From the NCBI GenBank assembly GCA_964016885.1, contig OZ024748.1, forward strand, positions 5,208,001 to 5,272,000: a DNA stretch of 64,000 bases, written 5' to 3'. Under the pieces are notes generated by a model, which was given only the letters and a program-made list of their open reading frames with translations, did not search any database and was not told the DNA's origin. The stretch is from Eledone cirrhosa (taxonomy: Eukaryota). The translations under genes and the position numbers were made by a program. Of the stretch, positions 39,707 to 54,851 are shown piece by piece. The first letter of the stretch is position 1. Every line of letters begins with the position of its first letter.

Positions 39707-39835
39707 TCTTCTTCTTCCTGAGAGGGTCTTGCGGGCAGAGTCCTTCCAGCAGGTCCTGTCAGAAGAAGCAACTGTCTTCAACTGATCCGGCTGGATCCAC
39801 AAGTGTGACCTGCCAAGCTCATGAAGTGATACTCG
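39707..39835 (-). mobile_element. Shorter 3' fragment of the same RTE-like family
   Basis: Nucleotide similarity to 50479-50600 (CCTGAGAGGGTC...AGAAGCAAC.GTCT.CAACTGATCCGG). Confidence 0.65.
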
Positions 39836-39917
39836 AAAAAATTAATCAGGGCCTTATCGGAGTGGAAAGTGCCTTTCATCAACCCTTTCAATCACAGCCA
39901 CCACATAACCTCTTTAA

Positions 39918-41060
39918 TGATTTCTTTTTTAGCCAGAATGTGTTCATATAAAAAAAATTAAGGATTACACAGGACAACACATTGTGTGTGTATAGGTGTG
40001 ATGGGTGTGTGTTGCGGAACAGTAAAAATAACTAAAAATGTTATAATATAATTATAACAAAGAAAATTCAAGGGATGCTGAGGTGAAAACCCACAAAAGA
40101 TGTGTAAGTCCTCCTCTAATCTACAGGTGTATACTCAGAACGGGTACGTGTACTCGGATTATATTCGACTCTTTCATGCATCTTTCAACAATCCAGTTGG
40201 AATTCAGCTTTTTCTCTTCAACTTGAGTTTCCTCTTCAATTAGAACTTGAAATAGTTAATCAGCGCTTCGTTGTAGAGGGAAGTGTCTATCTTCAGCCCT
40301 TTTCAACCACATGCGTTACACATCCTTGTTTGCTAAGGCCACCAGGCAGATGAAAACAGCCGGTCTTTTCCAACTAAAGTAAGACGACCTCAGCTGATAG
40401 CAGGATCTGCCACACACGTGAAAGCAACTGCTCGATATAAACCCACAAGTCAGCAATGCCCGGACATAGAATGAATGTATGCAGGACAGGGTCATCACCC
40501 TGCACACGTCTCAAAAAGCCACGGCTGACAGCACATCCATGCTTGTAGATGTTATCTCAATCCTGCAATGACCCCCGGTAGCACTGCCTATCCAAGGATT
40601 TCTTTAAGTTATGCATCGAGATGGGCCGAAAGTTCTCTGGACGAGAGCGATTAATTGATTTTCGTAGAGGATCAGAGTTACCGATGAACGTGGAGGTTTT
40701 CCCCTACCAAATATCCGCTATAGAACGCCATATTGGAATTTGCAACGATTGTAGTGTCCAGTTCATACAGAATTTTGAGTACTTGACAACATTCTAGTTG
40801 CCAGGGACTCCTCGGTGTTTCCTTGATCGAAAACGCCAGGGAGGCGCTGGACATGTCACATCTTCAGCGCATGTCTGTGTATTATCAGCCACGCCAAGCC
40901 TAGTGCTCCACGCATCGGTTCTTGATAGCAAATGAATCGCCTAATCCTTTGACCGCGTCCTTTCCATAAAAGCTGAAAGAGTAGCCGCTCCAGTGTTGTC
41001 AGACAGAGATCGGGGCAAGGCACGAGTCAAGTTGATCAGTGCCTCACCCTACACTAATGA
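39918..41060 (-). mobile_element. Decayed L1/Tx1-clade LINE, 3' part of ORF2 plus 3' UTR
   Basis: Minus-strand translation fragments: CPDLCLTTLERLLFQLLWKGRGQRIRRFICYQEPMRGALGLAWLIIHRHALK; DPVLHTFILCPGIADLWVYIEQLLSRV; AVFICLVALA; ALINYFKF*LKRKLK. These resemble the post-RT thumb and zinc-knuckle region and contain stops and frameshifts. Confidence 0.78.
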
Positions 41061-41274
41061 CCCTTCTTAGAGCGATCCTATATTAATAGTAACCAATATT
41101 AATAATGATTTAGGCACAATACTAATCATTTTAGGGGCGGGCAATTCGATTAAATCGACCTCAGTGTTTGACTGGTACTTTATTTTGTCGACCATGTAAA
41201 GATGAAAGGCAAAGCTAACCTCGTCAGAATTTGAAGCCAGAACGTAAAGGGTCGTAACAATATTTTTTTCCACT

Positions 41275-41370
<96 letters not shown>

Positions 41371-41742
41371 CTGCTGCCTACCTATCAACTCTTTCTACCT
41401 ACCTAGCTTTTCTTCTTTTCTCTCTCTCTCTCTCTCCCTCTCTCCCTATCAACTCTTTCTACATTTCTTTCTCTTCCTCTCTATCTACTTATTTATCTTC
41501 TCTTTCTCTCTCTTACTCTTTACCTGTATATCATCTCTCTCTCTCTCTCTCTCTTCCTCTAGCTACCTATCTATCTCCATCTCCCCCAAAGGAACCACAC
41601 TGTATTCTATAGTGGCATGGAATATCTACCATTATGTACACCCGCTTCAGTGGCTATATATAGTGACACAAAGCATTAATTCTGAAACGTCAACGTGTGT
41701 TCGTTTTAGATGACCACAGCTGACGTGTGTGTGTGTGTGATG

Positions 41743-41773
<31 letters not shown>

Positions 41774-41913
41774 ATATGTATGTTAGTGTGTGTGTGTGTG
41801 TGTGTGTGTGATTATTTCACTGCCATGTCAAATGAAATTTGATATTATAGCTTTGCAATACAGACGTAATTACGCATCACATTTTCGTATACACTCACCT
41901 AATTCATATATAT

Positions 41914-41987
<74 letters not shown>

Positions 41988-42106
41988 CAAATATATATAT
42001 ATATACACATATCTATACATTCATACACACACACTCACACACACACATATATATATATATACATATCTTACATACATATTTATACATAGATACATACATA
42101 TATATA

Positions 42107-42154
<48 letters not shown>

Positions 42155-42357
42155 TATACATGAACGGATCCCGATGGGGTGATCGTAGTCATATACACAC
42201 TATAAAATAAACTCAATATTAGCAATGAACTAATACACATACATACATTCATACATAGACACACACATTTGACGCCTGAATCAATGAACGCAAGTTAACA
42301 ACTCGGAATAGTGAATCACTCGCTTCGAATGAACAAATAAACCTCCATGTCTGTGCT

Positions 42358-42431
<74 letters not shown>

Positions 42432-42433
42432 TA

Positions 42434-42627
42434 TAACGAAGGAAATGTGGTAAGGAACCAGGTGGACCATAACGCACCAAAGTACTCAATACTTAGGGTA
42501 GTAGAGTGGGTAATAGGAACGAGTAGGACCTCGACGGCTGAGCTCAAGCCGTTTCGACGGCTAATTCTGGACGTCCAGAATTAGCCGTCGAAACGGCTTG
42601 AGCTCAGCCGTCGGAGTCTTACTGGTT

Positions 42628-42631
<4 letters not shown>
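42434..42631 (-). mobile_element. Fold-back element family B
   Basis: Tail followed by palindrome centred on CTGGACGTCCAG; (TA)n flanks. Confidence 0.8.
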
Positions 42632-42658
<27 letters not shown>

Positions 42659-42663
<5 letters not shown>

Positions 42664-43050
42664 ATATTAATAATTGGAAACTATATTTATAAAACCATAA
42701 TTATTTTATTATATATATTTCAAGGGCAACCAAAGCAGTTTTGGTGCACTTTCATCAGATAAAATACAAAATTTGTTTTTTCCACTATCCAGCGAACCTT
42801 CAACCGTCAAGGTTGTTTTTCTAAGGGTATGTCAAGATTTATAAAACAAATTTTGTATTTTATCTGATGAAAGCGCACCAAAACTGTCTTCGTTGCCCTT
42901 GAAATATATATAATAAAATAATTATGGTTTTATAAATATAGTTTCCATTTATTAATATATTGAATATTTACTCCAGTAAATTGTTGAGTGCTTTATATCA
43001 GTTATAAAACTTTTAAGCTTGTTGAATCCCAACAAATTAAATATAACTTC

Positions 43051-43053
<3 letters not shown>
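42659..43053 (+). mobile_element. Fold-back PLE derivative, family A
   Basis: Arms about 42659-42779 and 42844-42962 with a roughly 65-bp loop; tail nearly identical to 15197-15290; (TA)n on both sides. Confidence 0.85.
42857..42919 (+). ncRNA. Minimal type I hammerhead ribozyme (family A); antisense twin at 42703-42765
   Basis: ATTTTAT-CTGATGA-AAGCGCACC...GTTGCCCTT-GAAA-TATATATA^ATAAAAT. Confidence 0.78.
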
Positions 43054-43093
<40 letters not shown>

Positions 43094-43385
43094 GTTAATA
43101 TAAATTAATGTATTTGATAAACACAAATCCCAACATATTCATGTTTGTATTGTAAATGACCAAGTTAGCTAGATTGAAATATACTAATAATATATATATC
43201 GTTTCTGAATTTCTTTAGCAAGAAACATGTGTTGAAACCGATATTGTTATGCTTTGGGAGGGTCATGGTGCCAATAAGAAACACACGCACCAGTTGCATT
43301 CACTCCAATTTATTATAAATGAAATTTATAAATTTAAGAATTCATAAATTTCCGGTTGGTTGGTTGGTTCCACAACCGGACGGTT

Positions 43386-43448
<63 letters not shown>

Positions 43449-43631
43449 CAACCGTCGGGTTGTATATATATAAATGGAAAAGGATGAAACGAAATTTCAT
43501 TTCCCACTCTTAGTACGGCTGATACTAAAATGTAAGTATGTACACGTACATACATATATGTATACAGACGTACAGTAGTAAGTATATATATACTTACATG
43601 TACACATATATATATATATGTGTGTGTGTGT

Positions 43632-43780
43632 GTGAATGAAGTAATTCCGTCGGAAAGGTACAGGAAAAAAGAGTGCTCTATGCAGATTACAGAGCTTATT
43701 AGTTATGTAAAAAACAACATAAGATAATTATTTCATTTACCACTGGTAAATGAAATAATTATCTTATGTTGTTTACTACC

Positions 43781-43787
<7 letters not shown>
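43632..43787 (-). mobile_element. Short fold-back element (31-bp perfect arms plus tail)
   Basis: AAACAACATAAGATAATTATTTCATTTACCA-C-TGGTAAATGAAATAATTATCTTATGTTGTTT; tail motif GCTC...GAGCACT on the minus strand; microsatellite flanks. Confidence 0.65.
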
Positions 43788-43828
<41 letters not shown>

Positions 43829-44050
43829 TATATATATGCACGTATGTGTGTGTGTGCACGTATTTATATATATATATTAATGTATGTATATCTATCTTCC
43901 TACCAACATATCTATCTCTTTATCTGTCTACCCACCCATATATTAGCAGTACCATAGCGAGACATATATTTATTGTATATAAAGATATCATATATCCCTT
44001 CATATACATCTCTATTATACTTACACACACACACACACATATATATACAT

Positions 44051-44083
<33 letters not shown>

Positions 44084-44085
44084 CT

Positions 44086-44123
<38 letters not shown>

Positions 44124-44128
44124 TATAC

Positions 44129-44160
<32 letters not shown>

Positions 44161-44268
44161 GCGCGCACACACACACACATATATATACACACATACACAC
44201 ACACATATACACACACACACACACATATATATATGCACACACATATATATATACACACATACACACAG

Positions 44269-44312
<44 letters not shown>

Positions 44313-44584
44313 ACACACACACATATATGTGTGTCTGTGTGTACATATATATTAGTTTCAAAACAAGTCTGTACACATCCTAAGCCATGGTACGATGTGT
44401 TTGTCAAAGTAAAAATTAAACCTTTCAATGTAAAGACGATGTCAATTTAAACACAATCTGCTGTGAAATATATATTTAACACTAGAAGACATTTCATATC
44501 ATTGCTCTGACATCTTGACTTCTGTTATTGGAGATAAGAAAAACAAAACAAGACAACACAAGGCCAAGATTATTATGGAATATT

Positions 44585-44966
44585 GGCGGTGGTTTGGTAG
44601 TATCGGTACAGCGCCAGACATCATGCTTTGCAGCATAGAGTTATGGCCCTTTGCGTTCTGAGTTCAAATCCGCCGAGGTTAACTTTGCCTTTCATCCTTA
44701 CGAGGTTGATAAAATAAGGTACCAGTAATACACTGGGGTAATCGCTGGCCTTGTGCCAAATGTAGAAACTCTCGGCGGTGGATTGGCAGTATCAGTAGAG
44801 ATTCGGGCGCCATGCTTTGCAGCAAAGAGTTACGGCCCTTTATGATCTGAGTTCAAATCCCTCCGAGGTTAACTTTGCCTGTCATCCTTACGAGGTCGAT
44901 AGAATAAAGTACCAATGATGTACTGGGTAATTGCTGGCCTTGTGCCAATAGTAGAAACAATTATTA
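44585..44966 (+). mobile_element. Tandem S1 SINE dimer
   Basis: Two full copies, 44585-44769 and 44774-44966. Confidence 0.82.
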
Positions 44967-45177
44967 TCGAATATTGAGAAGGTGGTGAGAAAATAAGTAA
45001 GAGCAAATTTCTAGATTGTGCAACAACGACAACGACGATGATAAAAAGGACGAAAGCAATACTACAAAGACGACAACAGTTACAACATCAATATCAATAA
45101 CAAGGAAAACAACGACGACCTCAGCGATAACAACATCAGCGACAACGACATCAGTGGATTTCGAAGTTAATCTAAAC

Positions 45178-45647
45178 CAGGCGTGTGCAACATATTCCAC
45201 CGTCGGGCCACTTTTGAACATTGGAACAATTATTAGAGCCAGTCACTGTCAAAAATGTGTAATCTAATGAAAACCGCAACTTTGTTCTCTCTTTACTTAT
45301 ATGATCTGATGAGTAAGTATGTATTAGACCAGTGTTGTGTAACATATTCCATTGGCGGGCCACTTTTGAACATTGGAACAACTATTAGGGCCATTGATAA
45401 TTATTAAGCACTATTCCAAAGATTCGCCACAACTTCTTTCCATAACATGGAACTAGGAAACTATAACACACATAGTCATATCAGTGAAGTCCTTTAGTAG
45501 AGGTCAACTAACAGAAAATTATTTTACGGTTACGAAAAAAAATCTAAATAAGCCTACAAGGTAAAAATTAAAAATAGTCATCGCGAGCTACACTGACTGG
45601 TCTGACGGGCTGGATTGTGGCCCGCGGGCCACCTTTGCACGCCCCTG
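45178..45647. mobile_element. hAT MITE with a duplicated left end (second left end at 45330)
   Basis: CAGGCGTGTGCAA / TTGCACGCCCCTG; subterminal GGCCCGCGGGCC; TSD ATCTAAAC / GTCTAAAT (6 of 8 match). Confidence 0.7.
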
Positions 45648-46022
45648 GTCTAAATGGTATTCTATGCATTTCGAGCTGAAACATAGTGTACTGCGATAGT
45701 AGACGAAGTGGCAAATATTTTGAGTTAATATGCGAGGAGTAAATCGTTATAACAGGAAGGTATGTCATTCAATCGATATGACTACACAGCATAAGTATTT
45801 ACTACTCTCTAAGCAGCTGACAGAGGAGATTTAAATGTTAGGAACGTAATAGACAATTTCACTCCCTTAACTTTTCTGAACACATAGTCGAATATTTTTG
45901 CAAATGTTTTCACCAAGAAGCGTCGTGGGTAGCGTAGTCGAAGATGCACAAATTTATGTAAACCCATATACCGGTAGAATACATATACAATATACAATGT
46001 ATACATACAAAAACACGCGTAT

Positions 46023-46094
<72 letters not shown>

Positions 46095-46158
46095 TATAAT
46101 AACAGATTAAAGTTTAAGCAAAGAATCGCTGGATTTTAGTGTTCAAATTTATTATTAT

Positions 46159-46250
<92 letters not shown>

Positions 46251-46356
46251 AAGAGAAAAGAATGACTTCAATTTAAATTGTTTAGAATTACAAGTGAAGT
46301 TATTATTTTCCTTTTTTTAAATATACCTAAATGTACCAAGGATTTGACATATTTTG

Positions 46357-46405
<49 letters not shown>

Positions 46406-48022
46406 AGTGAGTATGTATGTGGTGTGTGCAACAATAATCGCAACCACATATACAGATATTACAGAACAACAATTTTGACATCATAGACTAAAACTAAATG
46501 TTCATCTTCAATATTTCTAGTCCCAAACTTAAAATACATCTATACATACAAAGTGATAGAAATATAGAAATATATAAAATGGTATATATACCTGGAATTC
46601 CTGGAAAATGTCTTCGGGTGATAGAATATGATATTTGAAGAAAAATAATAAAAAGGGAATCTAATAACTTTTTCGTAAATGACTTGTTAAAAAATAACGA
46701 GAAAATGAAAATCGTTTCTCTTTTATCTATTTTTGGTTCTAAACGATTTTGCCATTTTTCTAGAAATATCTGGAAAGGTGATTTGCTCAAAGTATAATAA
46801 AGAATAAAGAATTACTGCTGCAAAATCGAAAATAAAGAAAGAATTATGTATATAAAATCTCTTTAACTTCTTTCCAAGAACTACTTCTGCTATCAGCCGG
46901 AATAGGAAACTTAAAGAGAATTTGGAAAATCGAGTTAGGTTAATGTTTGCGAACCTTTGGTAAAGGAGTCTTGGCAGGAAATGCAATGATGGCTTCGTAT
47001 AATTCTTGGACGTCTTAAGTTGATTGCAACAAAAACAACAATAGCAAAAACCCTCAACAAAATTAAATATGTAAGAAATATAAAAAAATACTACATAAAA
47101 AATACTAAAACAATACCATTATTCTATGGAACACTGGAATATTCCATAGAATTTCTTTTACGCCTTAATAGCATTTTTTTGTTTTTTTTTTATCCTTTGT
47201 TTTTAAACTTTGTTATATGTTATTTCTGTGCTTGTTTTTGTTATTATTGCTGTTTTTGTTGTTTTTATATTTAATCTTGGAACATCCCACTTTCCAATGC
47301 GAATCAACCAATCAGAGTTATCGTAGTCAGAGACAAGGACGTTCTAATTCTCTTGGAGGAAGTCACAATAAGAAACAGGAAGGAAAGACGGTGTTGCAGT
47401 GATTATCTGAGGGAGAGGAGAAGGATTTGCATAATTTGTTGTGGGGTGGGGGAGAGGCAACGGCTGGCTACAGTTTTGTTAGAAGTTTGTTGTAGAGGTT
47501 AGTGATGAGTTTATCATTGTTTAACCCAGTTTTATACTTGGTCGAGGACAACTGACCTATGATCAAAGGCGTTCCAACCGTGAACACTCCATATTTTTTT
47601 ACATTTTCAAACATACAATCTATGGTACTATATTATGTAATTCAGCCTTCATTATCAGCACGGTAGATTATATATTGTAGCTGATTTGACTGCTATTTCT
47701 AATAAATTGTTGGTGCATGAAGGGAAATAGTGATAGGTGTATTTGTAATTGTAATGGTGGATATATCATGTGGCTTTGATGGTGGTGGTGGCTGTAGTGC
47801 TTCAGTGTGATTAGGATGATGATGGTGATGATGATGATGGTGGTGTTGGAGGGGAATATAATGATGATGATGAGTATGACGATGATGGTTGTAGTAGTAG
47901 TGGTTATTAGTGTTAGAAGAGATAATGGTAGTGGTATTTGTGGTTGCACTGTGGTGACAGCGTTGATGGAGGTGGTGGTGGTCGTCGTAGTGGTAATGGT
48001 AGACAGAAAACGTGCAGTTGTA

Positions 48023-48070
<48 letters not shown>

Positions 48071-48849
48071 CCTCGCCACCATCACTGATAATAATAATAC
48101 ATATACATATACAATATACCAAACACTTAAGATATGATTGAACGATTGGAAGGAAAATAGAGGGAAAGAGAGAAAGTTGGAAGGAAATAAAGAAAGAGAG
48201 AAGTTATGGCGATGTTGCAGATGAAGTGACTCCACAGAGAAAAACGAAAGTAAAAGGAGATAAACGATGATGATGATATACAAATTAAGTTGCTTTTGAG
48301 AAGATTGGGAAATATGTCATAAGATTAATGGTAGGGTGAGAGGAATTAGAGAGAAAGGTGTGGGAGATATATAGGGAGGAAAGGAAAGAGAAAGATAGGG
48401 TGTGGAGAGATAGATAGATAGTTAGATAGATAGATAGATAGATAAATAGATAGAGAAAGAGAGAGATAGAGAAAGAGAGAGAGAGAGAGAGGGTGTGTGT
48501 GTGTGAGTATGTGGAGGAATTGGTAAAAACTTTAATGCAGGTTGTAAAAAAAATATTGATGATGGCGAGAATGAAGGTAGGCGGATCCTCTTTCTTTCTC
48601 ACTAGAATGAAAATGAAAGCGAAAGTAGAATGAGGAAAAGAAAGAGTGAAAGAAATGGTGAGAGGGACTAAGGGGAGGATACTCTCTGTATTATAATTAT
48701 CCGGGAGCTGGACAAACGATGAAAAGTACAATGATGATAACAACATCAACAACAAATAGAACAAAATTATTAACTGCATGTCCATCCCATATATGTTTTG
48801 TAACCCTATTTATATATTCTATATATAGACCCGTGTGGCTGATAATAAT

Positions 48850-49182
48850 GATTTCATTTATTGGCCACAAGGGCCGACATATAGGGGACAATACAAAAGA
48901 CTGGGACAGTGGGGTTTTACAGAAAAATCGAGTAAATAATATGAATAACAATAACAAAGTAACAAGAAAATTACAAGAAAAAATTCCCCAATAGGGGGGA
49001 TGACCACCCAGGGTTCGCTCAGGTACCCTACCAATCCTGAACGACCCGACGCTTCGAGAGCACCCTGGAAGGGTACCCCTCTCTCCTCAAATTTACCTAC
49101 CTACAGCCGCATGACCAGAGTAGGCCCACTCACACGGGCCATTCTCGCCACATTCACCCACCTTTCAGCAAATGTACTGGGT
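48850..49182 (-). mobile_element. Short 3' end of an L1/Tx1-like LINE
   Basis: PSTFAERWVNVARMARVSGPTLVMRL* resembles the C-terminus at about 40125-40200; 3' UTR ends TTGTGGCCAATAAATGAAAT. Confidence 0.65.
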
Positions 49183-49349
49183 GGGTGGGGGGGGGGGGCA
49201 TCACTTCTCTCGTGTGGCTGATAATAAGAAGTATAATTGATAGACACTGCCATTGAAGTTAGTTGCGTGACATATTCGTTTGAACGCTGGCAAGAATAGA
49301 TACATGTACAAAATACAGGAAGGTGTACATACATACATAAATATGCATG

Positions 49350-49660
49350 CAAATACGGACAGGCATACAAGAAAGACGTACACATATATACATAGATACA
49401 AATACGGACAGGCATACAAGAAAGACGTACACATATATACACAGATACAAATACGGACAGGCATACAAGAAAGACGTACACATATATACACAGATACAAA
49501 TACGGACAGGCATACAAGAAAGACGTACACATATATACACAGATACAAATACGGACAGGCATACAGGAAAGACGTACACATATATACATAGATACAAATA
49601 CGGACAGACATACAAGAAAGACGTACACATATATACATAGACACAAATACGGACAGACAG
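49350..49660. repeat. 49-bp minisatellite, about 6 copies
   Basis: AAATACGGAC recurs at 49351, 49400, 49449, 49498, 49547, 49596 and about 49646. Confidence 0.92.
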
Positions 49661-49795
49661 ACAGACAGACAGACAGACACTGAGACAGTTAAAATATCTC
49701 ATAAACATAGGAAAACAAATTTCTTAACTTTCGTACATTAATCAATATAAGAGATCAGACAAACACAAAGATACACACCACAATATATATGTATG

Positions 49796-49907
<112 letters not shown>

Positions 49908-50023
49908 TAATATATATATATATATATATTTATTAAAATAACAGATTAAAGTTTAAGCAAAGAATCGCTGCTTTCACCCTTAACTGGATATATATATATA
50001 TATGGAGATATATATATATATGG

Positions 50024-50058
<35 letters not shown>

Positions 50059-50461
50059 TCTAATTTAATATAGAAAAGGCTTCAACAGGACTAGAACTGT
50101 TTCATGCGAAAGTAATCATCATGAAAGCACTCTACTAATGTATTGAGTACTTTACTTACTGTGGCTATCCCCGATTGAAATATATATATACGGGACTATC
50201 GAAGTGGTGGGTGATTTGAAACGTGGGAATCCCAAATGCAGAAGATATATGTAATCACATGCGTTTGCTCAAAATAAAACTTAGAACATCGGGTAAGAAA
50301 CACCTAGGGACGAGAAATGGGATAAGGAACCGCTATGGATAATCGAAAATTGTTCTATACGAAGTTCGATTCCCCTTAGCAGGGGCTAGAAGCTATTTTT
50401 CCCTCGATAAGGGTATTTTACCCGATTTTCTTAGCTATCTTTTACATGATATATATATATC

Positions 50462-50740
50462 GTCTTCTTCGCTCACTTATTCCTGAGAGGGTCGTGGGGG
50501 AAGAGTCCTCACATATTCCTTCCAGCGTGTCCTGTTAGAAGCAACCGTCTCCAACTGATCCGGTTGAATCTCCAAGCGAGACCAACCGAGCTCATGGATG
50601 TTAACCAAGCATCTTGCTCGGCGTCTTCCCCTTGATCTCCTGCCAGTTAGTTTTGCCCGGAAAATCTGACCAGCGACTTTTTCCTGAGACATTCTAACTA
50701 CATGGCCATAGTATCGGAGCTTCTCAATTCGAAGAGGCCA
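50462..50740 (-). mobile_element. RTE-like LINE 3' fragment
   Basis: LRYYGHVVRMSQEKVAGQIFRAKLTGRRSRGRRRARCLVNIHELGWSRL...VASNRTRWKEYV matches the C-terminal LRWxGHVxRM...GxRxRGRP...DRxxW pattern; (GAA)n-like tail. Confidence 0.8.
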
Positions 50741-51559
50741 TATATATATTTCTAAAATCATCTTTCTACTCAGTGATTAGCTCAGACCTTTTCAACAATG
50801 TTTCTATACATGTAGAAATAAGATAATCAAGATCTCTATAGAAGTACCTCACCTACACGAAATATAACTTATTGAAATGGCTAAAAGAATAACTGTAAAC
50901 GATTATATGCTAGTCGGGGCTACAGACATAAGTCTAAATTAAAAAAATATTACTGAAAGTTATCTCTAACACACGATAGAAACTAAATATATTTAATAAA
51001 ACCTCGCGAAGGGAGGGAACTTGCAAAGTCGTTAGGGTGTTGTATTAAATATCTCGCGGTATTTGTTCCGTCTATTTACACATTGAATATAAATCCCGCA
51101 TTTTAACCTTTCAGGAGTGACAAATAAATCACCAATCTATGGTGGTGGCTTGGCGGACTCATTAGAGCATTGGGTAGGAGACCGTGTGGTATTTGTTCCG
51201 GTTCTTTGCGTTCTGCTTTCCGATCCCCTCTGGTATAATTCCAATGATAGATTTAATAGCCAACCCGGTTTAATTGCACCACCAGGTGGCACTTGAATGT
51301 ATTTAGTAAAGTCTACTTTCTCACAAGGACTCCGGTTTTATGGTACTTTCCTCCATTCCTTTTCCTATCTGACTCAGAAGCCTCTGAAATCAATGATGGG
51401 CATTGGCCACGTCTCTTCACTAAACAGTAATGTGAAGACCCTTTCACATGTGATGGAGTCGTAAGAACTCCTTAACATCTTAAACCTGGCGGAATTCCTT
51501 ACTTATCGAGTTGTGAACACCACGGATTTCTTCCAGAAATAGTTAAAGGAAGAATGAAC

Positions 51560-51908
51560 CCCGGTACTGGACTGGTTCTTTATTTATCGCAGCCGAAGTG
51601 ATGAAATGTACGATTGACTACGGCAGTATTTGAACAAATAGCGTAATAAGCTGAAAGATATGCAGAGGCATTTTTAATCCGTGGCCCTAACAACTCTGCC
51701 AATTCGACCCCTAATAAATAATTGTTTCTTCTTTAGGCAGAAGGCCAGCAATTACCCAGCACATTACTGGTACTTTATTTTATCGACCCCGTAAGGATGA
51801 AAGGCAAAGTTAACCTCGGCGGGATTTGAACTCAGACTGTAAAGGGACGTAACTATGCTAGAAAGTATGGCGTCCAACCCTCTACCGATACTGCCAATAC
51901 ACCGCCCT
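51560..51908 (-). mobile_element. Two S1 SINE copies (one old, one young)
   Basis: 51720-51908 is close to consensus; 51560-51710 is degenerate. Confidence 0.78.
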
Positions 51909-52430
51909 AATAAATAATAAAATACAGCAATAATCAAAAACACCATGAATCCAGAATTAGGGACTCGATGTGATTTGAACACGGGAAATTAAACATATGC
52001 TAGATTAAATACTAGACAGAAATTATTCCAGCATATCGTATCTCGAGCTACACCACCAATATTTTCCTGGTTATCACGTATTGTGTGAATGAGCTACCAG
52101 ATGGCACAACTGATATCTTTCATTTTAGCAACGAAGAACTCTTGATAACATGTGTAACAATCTGGAAACATACAAACACCAAGGCAACGCCCTCTTTTGT
52201 TGGATTAGTTTTCTTGCTCTTTTATTTACGACTTGTGTTTTAAGTTGGTATATTTCGTTTAATTAAATTTCTCTGATGTTTTGAATTTCTTAATTGAATT
52301 ATGAAGTTCGACTTTTGGGTATCAAACATGTGGCAAGAAATGAGAGGGTTTGTAGCGGCAGAATATATAACTTTTACCAAAATAATACAAACACTCTCTC
52401 TCACACACACACACATATATATACATACAT

Positions 52431-52521
<91 letters not shown>

Positions 52522-52538
52522 TATATATAGAGAGAGAA

Positions 52539-52585
<47 letters not shown>

Positions 52586-52602
52586 TATATATAGAGAGAG
52601 AA

Positions 52603-52666
<64 letters not shown>

Positions 52667-52812
52667 GTATATGTATATATGTATTTGTATGTGTATTATA
52701 TGTATATATATATATATATATATACAAACATACACTTATATATATAGAGAGAGAAATATGTAGATACGTAAATATATATATATATATGTATATATATATT
52801 TATGTATATGTG

Positions 52813-52858
<46 letters not shown>

Positions 52859-52907
52859 CAAACATACACTTATATATATAAAGAGAGAGAAATATGTAGA
52901 CACATAA

Positions 52908-52949
<42 letters not shown>

Positions 52950-53371
52950 GCATGTGTGTGTTTGCGTGCCTTGTAGGAGACTATGGTGTGTTTTATATAA
53001 AATCCCAATCAAGCTGTCAGTGTAGTTTATTGTCTGGTTCTGTTTTAGATCTATGAAAACCTGATCGTGTCAGAGTTCAATGATTTTATGTCACCTTTTA
53101 TCTTCCATACAAGGATCAACGAACATCAACAAACACTGTTTCAGCTCATCACTTCATTAGATCTCTCTGTCTCTCTTCATTTGTATTATTTACATTACAT
53201 TTTCTTTCGTTATGCTTTTGTTTTGTTTTTTCTCTTTCATATGGCTGTTCTCCATTAAAGAGATAAAACTCAATGTAGCCGTCATAATGATGTTAAAAAC
53301 ATTTTTTTACTAGACACGGAGGGGTCACACATATATAACATTCAAATACAAAAGGGGTATAATAATTTGTG

Positions 53372-53632
<261 letters not shown>

Positions 53633-54738
53633 CCCCCATCGTTCATTAATGACCATGGTTTTGCACCGAGAAATAAGCCTGGAAGACAAGCAGTCGTCCA
53701 TGCATAACTTTCTCCCTTCTCCACGCCACCATGTTGTCGAAGAGAATGGCAATGGCCGATACAGCTTGGCACCTGTGTCTTCGCATTGTGAAATAAATTA
53801 TCTTGCTCAAGCACACTACACTTACCCTCTCCGAGAATGGAACTGACAATCTGTCAATTGCAAGTCCAACGCTTTAAGCACTAAGACATCTGCCATATAT
53901 AGAAATATATATAATATTATTCTAAAATTAGGATCGAATATCTATCTATCTATCCTTTTCTTTGGAACAAGTCGACTGTAATCAAACATTGTATAGAAAA
54001 CAATGACATTTGCCAACGGCGCTGGAACTTGAGAATAGATGAAGCTAGCAAATATTCTGAAACAATAGATCTACGAACGAGATGTATTGCAAGGACAGTG
54101 TCATTTTACTTCAAGAGATTCTTGATGATAGTTGTATGCTTCTCAAATATTGAGAGTACCTTCTTCTTGCTCCCAAAGAGAAAACTATGAAAAATGCGTT
54201 TCTGAAGTGACAGGATTTCGTTTACATGAAGGGGGAAAGGGCTTCGAAATCACAAACATTTGTCTAAAAACGGAGAAAGAAAGCTAGAGACGACCAGCAC
54301 TAATGTGAAACATTTCTTTGACTGGTGTTACAGTAAGGAAAGGTGACAATATATGATGGTGACAGGAGAAGGAATATAGGCCCATAGTTCTACATAGGTT
54401 GCTCGAAAAAATAAAGTACCAGTAACGAACTGGTGTCGATTTAATCGACCTTTCCCTCCCCAAAAATTGCTGGCTTCGTGCCCAAATCAGAAACCATTAC
54501 TAACTTATGACACATACTGTGACAATGAGTAGTGAATTCTCATGATTATTTAATTAAAAATGAATCAAATATTTTTTTCTTCCTGTTCACATTTCTACCT
54601 TGAAAGGGCGTGAGAAATCATGTTCTTTATTTTACGTTTGTCATATATCCCGCCTCTCTCCGAATATCAATAGCTATCACAATAACAATCTACTGTCAAA
54701 TACACTCACAAACATACTCTATATCACACACACACACT

Positions 54739-54851
<113 letters not shown>

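Noticed and set aside
46490-47120. Possible decayed retroelement coding sequence
   Set aside because: Multiple stops and no motif I can identify; needs a BLASTX or Dfam search.
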